In this document: positions 52,178-63,020 of the stretch, piece after piece
Position numbering within the stretch: position 1 is the first letter of the stretch
Layout of the letters: the number at the start of each line of letters is the position of its first letter
From: Octopus sinensis
Lineage: Eukaryota
Assembly: GCF_006345805.1 (NCBI RefSeq)
Contig: NC_043006.1
Span: forward strand, 40,610,001-40,674,000
Reading direction: 5' to 3'
Length of the DNA: 64,000 bases
Made by a program: the position numbers and the translations under genes
The notes under the pieces: generated by a model
What the model was told of the DNA's origin: nothing
Database searches by the model: none
Seen by the model: the letters and a program-made list of their open reading frames with translations, nothing else

Positions 52178-52224
<47 letters not shown>

Positions 52225-55200
52225 TATATACGACAGGCTTCTTTCAGTTTCCGTCTACCAAATCCACTCACAAGGCTTTGGTCAGCCCGAGGCTATAGTA
52301 AGAGACACTTGCCCAAGGTGCCACGCAGTGGGACTAAACCCAGAACCATGTGGTTGGTAAGCAAGCTACTTACCACACAGCCAGTCCTGCGCCTAGACTC
52401 TTTACCTTTGTGAAGAGTTCGGTCCATCCTTTTTAAAATAACAACAATAATGCTAATAATAAACAACCATAAAAAAAATAAAGAATGAAAATCTTACCTG
52501 GTATAGTGGCCCAGACTTTCTTATTTGAAACCTTTCCTGGAGCTTCAATGTCATAACTCCAGAGACGTTTTGTCGGAGTTTCTGCTACAATCAACTTTTG
52601 AGGTTGCCCATCGTTCAGATGTAAGACTGCAATTCCATTGGGAAACTGTAGACCTGTGTCAATTTTAATCATTTCTCCATTTGTGTAGCAGTAGACACTG
52701 CCAAATGGTTCCTGCAAAATAGGTGGAAACATTGAATATATAACAAGTTACTGGAGTATTGACGTATTGCTTAAAATACCGGAATGCATCTGGTATTCTT
52801 GCTGGCTGCTGCTGTGACATTTTTGTCTCCCTTCAATATTGTTTTTAACAAAGTACATCAATAGATGTTATCTCAGGACAAACACCACAGTAACTGGCCT
52901 ATCAATGGTGTATATACCTTAAGTATGGCACAGATATGACTATTTTAATTTAATATTGCCTCAACTGCATATACCATATTTCTATTCAGCCAAGTGGCTA
53001 TTCACAACATCTGTGAATGTTTTAATTAACGCATATAAGGAATCCCCAAATTTTGGGGGCTTAAAATTTGGAAAAAAGGTTTTGTAAGAGATTATAATAC
53101 TATCCACGTATAAGAAACTCCCATATTTCTTTAACCTAATTTTTGACAAAAAAGGGTTCTTTATACATGTTAAAATACGGTACTTTCACCTATATCAGAG
53201 ATGATAAATTCTTGTCCAGGCATATAGCCTTAACAAGGTCGTTTGTCTTCCTAGAAATAACAGCTAATGCCACACTACTGTCTTGGAAAAGGAGGGACAC
53301 ATTTAATAATCTAATGTCTGTGAGAAAAGTGGTATGGTAATGGCTTGAATACACTTAGTCATAGATCTATAAATATAATATGCAAGAATGACAAGGTCTA
53401 CCAGCCATGCTTACAGAGGCAGTAACTCCAAATAAGAACTGACCCAGATATTACCTCTCCAACCTAGGCCAGCATAAAAAGCAGGCACAAAATGATGGTA
53501 GCAGTGGTGATGATAATGTTGAAGAGTCTTCAAACATACAGCTGATAACTGGTATGTTCTTTCAGATACCTTGTGGTTGTTGTTCAGCCCAAGTTGGTGA
53601 TGATGGAGCACATTGACAATTTAAGGTGTTCCTGTCGTGACTATCTCATCTGATTTTCAAACATGGTGTGTCTAGAACTACATAAGTTTACATAGCATTC
53701 ATTTTAAATATTAACCCTTTCCTTACCAACTCAGCTGAAACCAGCTCTGGCTCTGAGTACAAATGTCTTGTTTCCATAAGTTCTGAATTAAAATCTTCCA
53801 CCAAACCTTAGTCACAATTTATGTTCCTAGCACTAGCTTAACCCTTTCGTTACTGTATTTATTTTGAGATGCTCTGTATTTCTTCCAATTATTGTAAATA
53901 TAACAAAGAATTTAGTAAAATAACTTAATTATCATTGAACTAGTGTTAGGAACATAAATTATGACTAAGGTTTGGTGGAAGATTTTAATTCAAAACTTAT
54001 GAAAACACGATATTTGTACTACAGAGCCAGAGCCGGTTTCAGCCGGGTTGGTAACGAAAGGGTTAATGATAACAAAGTTATTTTACTAAATTCTTTGTTA
54101 TATTTAAAATTAATTGAAAGAAATACAGAGCATCTCAACAGATATATGATAACAAAAGGGTTAAAATATATAATAGAGAAACATTTCCTAAGCTTGTTGA
54201 AGAAGATTTGAATGCTATTTCTAGCAGGTTGAGTGGTATATATAACGGAAAACTGTTTAAGATGTTCTGTAGAAAGATATTCACATCAGTGAGGCTGACA
54301 CTTACCTCCATTGATCGCCTGAATGGTGCTGGGGCAATATCTCCTGCTGGAGCTGTAATCCAAAGATTTCCTTGATAATCAAAAGCACAGTCATTGCAGC
54401 CTTGCATACACTGACCAGTCGAATCACATGTTGCAACCTAAATATGGAATGGTAACACATAAAATAAGCACTATTCTATATTTTTGAGATGAAGAATTAT
54501 GTACGTTCTTTACATTGGACGGATATATGTCCTCACCTTGTTTGTTGTTACCACAACGTTTTGGCTGGTGTATTCTCCAGCCTTCATCAGAATTTCGAAC
54601 CCAACCCTTTATTTGAGTAAAGGAGTATGCTGTTCTCATTCTTAAAGTATTTGTTTTCTGATGTTATTAAAAGAGGCAGCACATATACTTTGACACAATA
54701 ACCTCCTAAACAGATCTAATGCAGTTATGAATGTAATATGGGAACCAGTATTAAGAAAAGATAAAATATTAGGTTTATAAGCCCAAAATTCACTCTATAA
54801 TTGCCTATGGGCATATAGCGTAGTGAATAAGAGCGTGGGCTACTAACCCTTGGATTCTGAGTTCAATCTCAGGCAGGGACTTGGGAAATAACATCAGTGT
54901 GTGTGTGTACATATGTGAGTGTATGCTTGTCTTTGTGTTTTTGCTTGTCCTCCTCTACTGTTTCTATAACCTGTGTTTGTTTGTTTATGTCCCTGTAGCT
55001 TAGCAGTTTAGCACTATAGAATACCTTAGGAATGAGAATGTATAAAATAAGCAGTTTACAAAGGTGACATTTCTTCAGACAACATTCTCCCAGGGATGCA
55101 AATTATGTTTAATCAATAAACCATCATCCTTTATTGCCAATAATAGTCATTAAAACAACAATATAAATAATAATATCTGTTGGCAACCAAAGCTCTCTCT

Positions 55201-58200
55201 CTCTTCTAGTGAAAGGAAGATTGTATGATGCATGTGTTAAAACTGCAATGCAACATGAAATTGCGATGTGGGCCCTGAATGCAGAGGACATGCAAAAACT
55301 AGAGAGAAACAAAGCTGGTATGCTCTGCTGGATGTGTAATGTCAGTGTACATATGTTACAGAGTGGTCGTGCATTGGAAGAATTAAATGCAGTGAGCAAG
55401 AAAGAAGACTGTGCTGGGCTGGCCATATGATGCGTATGGATGAGGAGGATTGCATAAAGAAGTGATGAAGACTTAAAGTGGATGGAAGTTGTTAAAGAGG
55501 AAGACATGAGATGAAGTATTGAAGGCAATCTCAAAATGCTGAGCCTTATAATGAAGATGACAAAAGACCGAGGTATATGGCATGTCACTGGATTCAAGAT
55601 GACTTGCCTACCACAACAGAATTGATATCCTAAAACCACCTTGGTAATTCTTGCTCATGAAGGACACTTATGCCAGTGTCATGTAAAAAGCACTGGTGAT
55701 GGTGCCACGTGGAAAGCACCCATTACACTCTGTAAAGTGGTTGACGTTAAGGAAGACATCCAACTGTAAAACCAAATCAAAAAAGGCTAAGGAACCTGGT
55801 GTGGCTCCTGTCAAACCGTCCAACTCATGCCAGCATGGAAAACGGACATTAAATGATGATAATGATTAGAACAGAATTAACTCTTTTATTACCATATTCC
55901 TGTTGAAATACACTGCTTTTTTGTTTCAATTAAATTTGAAAATAATGAAGAATATAGTGAAATAACCACATCTTTATTAAGCTGATATTTAGGATATAAA
56001 CTAATAGGAAGGTGATGGTTTGTTGCCAACCTAATGTGGCAGTCCCTGGAAAGGGAAGAATGCTACTGCTATTTAGTCCCAGGAAACACCGTTTCCAGTT
56101 GGCTATGTGGCACAAGCGTTCTGTAGAAATGCATTACATTAAATTTTGTAGATCAGTGAACTTATTTCACTTGGAATTCTATAAGTTTTCAAAGGCAAAT
56201 AAGCATTGACAACTAGCAAAGGCCAAGCTACACCAGATTGATGAAGAGCAATGACTCTGAAACTAGTCTCTGGATGCTGGCTTTGCTGAGTGGAGGTGCT
56301 TATCTCCCCTGTTTGAAAACTTAAGAACACAGAGCGCTTGTGTCACATAGCCAACTGGAAACAATGTTTCCTGGAGCTAAATAGCAGTAGCATTCTTCCC
56401 TTTCCTGGGATTGCCACATTAGGTTGGCAACAAACCATCACTTTATCATGCTGTTACTGTATAAGTCTCTCTGAGAGATTTAGAAATGCAATATTTCTAA
56501 TAATTGGAAGGTGTTTAGGAATTAAACTGGTTGAAGGTTTTAATTCAGATCATTTTTAAACATGGAGTCTGTGTGATTAGAAGCAGGTGTAAACTCCAGC
56601 TAGTTGGTATGTATAAGATTGAGATAGCATTGAGCTCAAAATCCAATTCTAATCTGATACCAGCTATGTGATGACGTACAAGCACTTCTTATAGCTAGCT
56701 TGCTATCTCAAAGTCTGTAGATAGCACCCAAAGCCTTTATTTGGTTGTTTGACCTATTAGAAATAAAGCTTATACCACACCCTAGGCATGGTCGTGTAAA
56801 GAAGCTTGCTTTGCAACTGTGGTTTCTGGTTCAGTTCCACTGTACACCACCTTGGGAAGTAGAACAGAAACTGTGTGGAAGCTTGTGAAATTAACATGCA
56901 AGTGGCCGAGTACTCCACAGACATGTATACCTTTAACTGTAGTTCTTAGGGTGATTCAGCATGACACAGAGTGTGACAAGGTTGGCCCTTTGAAATACTC
57001 ATTCTGACCAGCTGAGTGGACGGGAGCAATGTGAAATAAAGTGCCTTGCTCAAGGATACAATGCAACATCGGGTATTGAACTCACGACCTTATGATCATG
57101 AACCACTAAGCCACACACATTCACACTCCCCCTGGATGAAATACCAGTCCATCACAGGTTTACTCACTCACGACTAGGTGAACTGGAGTAATGTAAAATG
57201 TAGTGTTTTGCTCATGAATATAACACACTGCCCGATTCAGAAACTGAAACCGTGACCATACAATTCTAAATGCAACACCTTAACCACTAGGCTACATGCC
57301 TTATTAGGAGTTGTTCACTTGACTATTGTGTCAATACTAGCTGCTTTGAAGGCAGTGAACTGGCAGAAACGTTCTGGGGTCAATCTAATCAACTGGGCCC
57401 TTCCTACAAAATTTTGGGCCTTGTGTCTACAGTAGAAAAGAATATTCTTGCTACTGAAGGTGGTGAGCTGACAAAAACGTTAGCATGCCAGGCGAGAAAT
57501 GCTTAGTAGTATTTTGTCTGTCTTTATGTTCTGAGTTCAAAACAACACTGAGGTCGGCTTTGCCTTTCATCTTTTCAGAGTCGATAAATTAAGTAACAGT
57601 TGCGTACTGGGGTCGATCTAATCGACTGGCCCCCCTCCCCCAAAAAATTTGGGGCCTTGTGCCTAGAGTAGAAAAGAATATTAGCTGCTTTGAGATATTT
57701 GAAATAGCAACAAGCTCACTTCTTGCTAAATCTTTCACCTAATCACTGCCTCAGTTATGACTGCCACCTAACAAGCTCCGCCCACAATATCTTGATAAAA
57801 AGCCTCTAATCAGCTCTTCCAATTACAATGGGATGAAAGCCAAGGAACAGTTGTCTAATATTTGTTTTTCCTTGTCTGTAATAATAACAACCTAATGTGT
57901 CTCCTTTTTTGAACTAAATATAATCTCACACAAATGACACCTCAGCACATTCTTTTATCAACATTTAAAACACCTGACCCAATTCATAAGTAATATAAAG
58001 CTTCCTGCTAAGAATCGGCTCAAATACCTTTAAAAACATATGACAACAAAATTTTTTTTTAAATCGAACAAAGCTAAGCATATACTTTCAAAAATAAGCA
58101 ATTGTCACAACCGTGGCTGTTACACATGATTTATATCATTGGAAACAGCATGATTGTCACCACCTGCTATATGCATCTCAAGCTAACATTATCAGCTGCA

Positions 58201-58990
58201 CTGCAAAATAAGTCTTCATGAACTTAACAATAGATAATCAATGTACTTTACTCATAAAGTCCTGTGGCACAGGACTGCCACAGGTTTGTTGTTATGCATT
58301 CATTGTTGCAAATTGCTGATAGATAGATGGAAGTTTAACCATTTAGCATTCGGATTATTCAAGCAAATGTAATATTTATTCATATTGTTTCCAATTAATC
58401 ATGCATTATGTTGTAACTTCAAGATTGTTTATTTTCAATATAACATTTTAGAGTCGGTTTGAGAATCCAGATCTGACTAGGTTTAACATACTATAAATCC
58501 TCGAGTATAGTCCGCCCTTGAGTATAATATGCAGGGATTTTTAGGGAGCTGTACCTCTGAAAAACCTAAACCTTGTGTATAATATGCACCCCTTCTCTAA
58601 CTTGAGCCAAGGAGGTATATATAACGTCCTTGGTTTGTAAAAATGTATACGGTTAATGTCCTTTATTATTATTGTACATATAACATAATGCAAACGTGTA
58701 GCTTTTTTGTGCTTTTTGTTTGCAGAAAATAAAGAAATAACAGTAATAACATTTAATAACTGTTACTTACTGTAAGTTATGGATGATTCTTTTATGACTT
58801 CATTGCTTTCAGGCTTAGAGGAAGGTATTTTCATGCCCGACATCACAAAATGCGTCTGAATAAACATTGCTGGACAGCAAATAGAGACTCGGACATTGCT
58901 TAGAAAATAATTTTCATTTTTAACCTCATGGCTTCACAGACCCCAGTAGAACCGTCCAACCCATGCTAGCATGGAAAACGGACGCTAAAC

Positions 58991-59026
<36 letters not shown>

Positions 59027-59660
59027 ATAGCATGCACAAGGGATTTTGACCGTTAAATTTTGGGAAAAAAATGCGGATTATACTCGAGGATTTACGGTAA
59101 AGCAGGTAGAATATTTGGGCTGGATTTGGCCTGCTTAAATGCTAAAGGGTTAACGTTCCTTTTATCTTTCTAGGAGAATTTTTTCATTTAAATAATTGAA
59201 AAATCAATAATAAATCTCTCCACATTTAGGTGGCAAATATACTTCATGATGTCGTGCTGCTATTGTTTTACATCTCGCTAAGAGATTTATTATTGCTTGT
59301 TTCCACTTTTTTGAGACCAGCGACGGTTTGTCACTGGAAAAAGCATATAGTATTTTGCGTTTGAAATTAGTTCTCATCCCTAACCGGCGGAATGCCATCA
59401 TGAATAGTAAGACAAGCAAGACAAAAAAATGTGATTGATAGCATGAATGATCTTTACTACTTGGGAGCCTAGAAAAGTGATCAAAGCTTGTTAAAATGAA
59501 GGGAAATCATTGAGTTTACCTGTTTATATGTTCCATCGAGTTTCACTTGAAGCAAACCAAGTCTCATGTCAGCCACAAAGAGGTTATCAAGGCGATCAAA
59601 CTGACACCCTGCAGGGATTCCACCATAACCATCGATTTCAGGTTCACAGAGAATGGCATT
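50263..59660 (-). CDS. DFPase: Diisopropylfluorophosphatase (DFPase; SMP-30/gluconolactonase six-bladed propeller), 5'-partial; complement(join(50263..50534,52498..52711,54306..54437,59520..59660))
   Basis: Close match to the recalled Loligo vulgaris DFPase: GYGGIPAGCQ, FVADMRLGLL, MQGCNDCAFDYQGNLWITAPAG, QFPNGIAV, LIVAETPTKRLWSYDI, EGGADGMDFD, KPSNIHF, VTEHENHAVWKF. Junctions are GT-AG with phases 0,0,1. About 58 N-terminal residues were not found in the window. Confidence 0.93.
53715..54160. mobile_element. piggyBac-type MITE family 2 with a second copy inserted in inverted orientation (53842-54062)
   Basis: Outer TTAA|CCC...GGG|TTAA. Inner TTAA|CCCTTTCG...CGAAAGGG|TTAA duplicates the internal CTAGC-TTAA-TGATAAC site. 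Confidence 0.85.
54470..55045. mobile_element. Degenerate copy of the palindromic tRNA-head/hammerhead-like family, interrupted by SINE sequence
   Basis: Minus-strand arm at 54470-54660 with TCATCAG at 54584-54590. Centre TGCCTATGGGCA at 54802-54813, then a plus-strand head TAGCGTAGTGAATAAGAGCG...GAGTTCAATC and ATACCTTAGGAATGAGAA at about 55020. Confidence 0.55.
55200..55862 (+). mobile_element. Degenerate 5'-truncated RTE LINE
   Basis: KGRLYDACVKTAM...WAL...LERN..MLCWMCNV (RTE ORF2 C-terminal half), followed by the shared 3' tail and GATGAT end. Confidence 0.75.
56010..56445. repeat. ~115-bp inverted repeat with ~200-bp spacer (unclassified fold-back/MITE)
   Basis: 56010-56125 and 56327-56445 are near-identical reverse complements; the ORF track gives the same peptide (MCHIANWK.CFL.LNSSSILPFPG.ATLGWQQTIT) on opposite strands. 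Confidence 0.85.
58339..59149. mobile_element. Triple nest: piggyBac-type MITE containing a TA-flanked Tc1/pogo-like MITE (58491-59097) containing an RTE tail (~58937-59025)
   Basis: TTAA|CCATTTAGCATT...AATGCTAAAGGG|TTAA. Inner TA|CTATAAATCCTCGAGTATAGTCCGC...GCGGATTATACTCGAGGATTTACGG|TA. Innermost CCAACCCATGCTAGCATGG..(GAT)n. Confidence 0.8.
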
Positions 59661-60044
59661 CTGTCAAAATAAATGGCATATGATTAGAAACAGAACCAGG
59701 ACACATCATTTATTTGCCTCTCGATGCCCGAGGAAGTCTATCTCTTATGTATAGCAATTGATACCTTCAGGATATCGTTTGTCTTTTACTTGTTTCAGTC
59801 GTTGGACTGTGGCCATGCTGGGGCATCACACTGAAAGGTTTTAGTCGAACAAATCAACCCCAGTACTCATAGCTTTTATAAATCTGGTACTTATTTTATT
59901 AGTCTTTTTTTTTTGCCAAATGGCTAAGTTATGAGGATGTAAACAAACCAACACTGGCTGTCAAGTGGTAGGGGAGCAGTGAGAAACAGTGACAAACAGA
60001 CAGGTAGACACACACACACACATATATGTACATACATATATATA

Positions 60045-60231
60045 AAGTTAATCCGAACATGAAAACACAAAGAGAAAACACAACAATGCGAGGATGTGGA
60101 ACAAGTATAGTATAATTGGACGCTCAGGAAAGAAGGAGGGTTTAACGTTTCGAGCAGAGCTCTTCTTCAGAAACATAGGAAAAGGAAAGATCCAAAGAAG
60201 GGAAGACAGAGGAAAAAAAAATCGCCAACGA
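60045..60231 (-). mobile_element. ~185-nt solo pLTR/retrozyme-like element in (TA)n carrying a minimal hammerhead (60140-60174)
   Basis: Minus strand reads GUUU-CUGAAGA-A-GAGC UCU GCUC-GAAA-CGUU^AAAC: 4-bp stem I, 4-bp stem II and a palindromic AACGUU stem III. TA-repeat runs bound the element on both sides. Confidence 0.6.
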
Positions 60232-61730
60232 TTATATATATATATATGTACATATATGTAGGTAAATATATATACACTTGCGTCAGAAATTAATTAGCAC
60301 TTCTCAAATTTCTACATTAAATAGGTTAAATCAATTAACCTATGAGCTGTTCAAAACGTCTTACGCGATGAGAAAACTTAGTATGGTGTGATTTCGGTCC
60401 TTGCGAGGCGCTACCTATATCTATTAAACAAAGGAAGATTTGTCTGCATCCGCACTCCAAGTTGTTGTTGCACTGCTATGTCAACATCATAAGGCTGTAG
60501 ACTCTCAAATTGCTCTGTAAACAAAGTTACGTCATCGTTCTGCGCAACAGTGAACTCGCAACAAAGCAATAGTTCGAGATATGGCCACTAGGTGACAGCA
60601 CATACCTTGAGTGAAGAGCAAATCAAGGGTGCTAATTAGTTTCTGACGGTAGTGTATATGTGTGTGTGTGTGTATAAACATATATATATGTGTGTGTGTG
60701 TATATATATATATATATCATCATCATCATTTAACGTCCGTTTTCCATGCTAGCATGGGTTATATATATATGAGGAACTTCCATACACTTTTTACCTACAA
60801 CATTCACTTGCAAGGCATTGGTTGGACCAGGGCTACAGTCAAAGACACGTACCCAAAGTGCTGGGCAATGGGGCTGAACCTGAGACCACATGGTTGCAAA
60901 GTGAGCTTCTGAACCACACAGCCATGCCTATAACTACATGATCACATTTTTAAAAATTCAATCACATTCACACTTCCATGTGTGCCACTTAACATTCTGT
61001 ATTGAACAGACAATCCTTAATGCATACCTTTTCATCTTTTGAAAACCCTTAATAATTAATTAAGCTAGTGTTACTAACATAATACTTTATACAAAAGACT
61101 AATATATTCTGCTTTCTCCACCTAGTTTCACATGCGTACCATGGGAAAGGACAGCTTGTTCTCATAAATAGTAAAAGCCTGCAAGTACTGCATTGTCTAG
61201 CGCAAATCCTCTCGGGTCAATACAATAAAGTTCTGATAAAGTACTGGAATTGATGGTACCAATTAATACCCTGACCTTGTACCTAAATTAGGAACCATTA
61301 TTACTGGAAAAGTATGTACAAATGTACTGTGAGAGGAATCAATGTCCCTGATACTGAGACGCAGTTACTTTCCTTAGATAATGAGGAATTTCAAACAATC
61401 CTTGCTATTCCTAACACTCTCTTTACTCTTTTATTTGTTTCAGTCATTTCACTGCGGCCATGCTGGAGCACCACCTTTAGTTGAGTAAATTGACCCCAGG
61501 ACTTATTCTTTGTAAGCCTAGTACTTATTCTATTGTTTCAGTCATTTGACTGTGACTATGCTGGAGCACCACCCTTAGTCAAGCAAATCGACCCCAGGAC
61601 TTATTCTTTGTTAGCCTAGTACTTATTCTATTGGTCTCTTTTGCCGAACCGCTAGGTTATGGGGGTGTAAACACACCAGCATCGGTTGTCAAGCGATGTT
61701 GGGGTGACAAACACAGATACACAAACATAT

Positions 61731-61761
<31 letters not shown>

Positions 61762-62070
61762 CATATATACAACAGGCTTCTTTCAGTTTCCGTCTACCAA
61801 ATTCACTCACAAGGTTTTGGTCGGCCTGAGGCTACAGTGGAAGACACTTGCCCAAGGTGCCACGCAGTGGGACTGAACCTGGAACCATGTGGTTCGTAAG
61901 CAAGCTACATACCACACAGCCACTCCTATGCCTAATTGAGTAGATATCCATATTAATTCTTTAGCATTTAAGCTAGTCATATCCAGCCTAAATATTTTAT
62001 TTGTTTTATGCTCAAACCAGCCGGATCTGATCTCTCACAGCTACTGTGATAATGTTATTGAACTTTCAAC

Positions 62071-62155
62071 CCAAGTCTCATGTTGGTGAAAAAGAGGTTA
62101 TCAAAGTGACATCCAGCAGGGATTCCACCATAACCATTGATCTCCGGTTCACATA
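62071..62155 (-). pseudogene. Degenerate duplicate of part of the DFPase exon at 59520-59660
   Basis: About 75 of 87 aligned nt are identical to 59557-59650, with a 9-nt deletion between two GAT repeats. It translates LCEPEINGYGGIPAGCHFDNLFFTNMRLGL then stops, and has no splice donor. Confidence 0.85.
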
Positions 62156-62370
62156 GACTGTATAATTAATTCAAAACAATGACAGTGTTTAGGTGCAGGA
62201 GTGGCTGCGTGGTAAGTAGCTTGCTTACCAACCACATGGTTCTGGGTTCATTCCCACTGAGTGTGGCACTTTGAGCAAGTGTCTTCTACTATAGCCTCGG
62301 GTTGACCAAGTGGATTTGGTAGACAGAAACTGAAAGAAGGCTGTCGTATATATGTATGTATGTATGTATG

Positions 62371-62405
<35 letters not shown>

Positions 62406-62689
62406 ATGTTTGTGTGTTTGTGTTTGTCTCCCAACATTGCTTGACAACCGATGCTGGTGTGTTTATGTCCCCATAACTTAGTGGTTCGGCAAAAGGGACC
62501 GATAGAATAAGTACTAGGCTTCCAAAAAATAAGCCCTGGGGTTGCTTTGCTCAACTAAAGGCAGTGCTCCAGCATGGCCACAGTCAAATGACTGAAACAA
62601 GTAAAAGAGAAAAAGTAAATAAGCTCTACATTTGATAGAAAGATCTATATGCTAAAGGGTTAATGCAACTCTTATAATTATGCTGATCC

Positions 62690-63020
62690 CAGTAAAGAAA
62701 ACTATCGAGCTTGTTGGTAACAGTACCTAAGGTACCCATAACTACTAGGAGTGCTTTTGCAGAAACCCTCCACAGTCTTCGCAGTTACCTCGCTAAGTCC
62801 TGGTATTTCCTTATTTTTTCCCCCGTCCTTTAACTGCTACATTCATATCAGCAAGCATAGCCACATCTAAGTTGATGCACTCTTTAGATACTTTGTCCAG
62901 GGTGATAATGTCCAGTGATCTCTCCTGAATCTCAAGCTCACTTTTGTACAGTGAAGTGCCACAAGACTTCAGACTGATTATTCTATCAAACTCTCTGTTT
63001 GGTCTTGTTACCATTCTCTG
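62690..63020 (-). mobile_element. Degenerate RLE-domain fragment of an R4/Dong-like retrotransposon
   Basis: Translation gives EIQERSLDIITLDKVSKECINLDVAMLADMNVAVK, then after a frameshift KYQDLAR*LRRLW..VVMGTLG. These parallel the PDII..D..KYKDL..GALG motifs of the 21.5-22.7 kb element. Confidence 0.65.
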
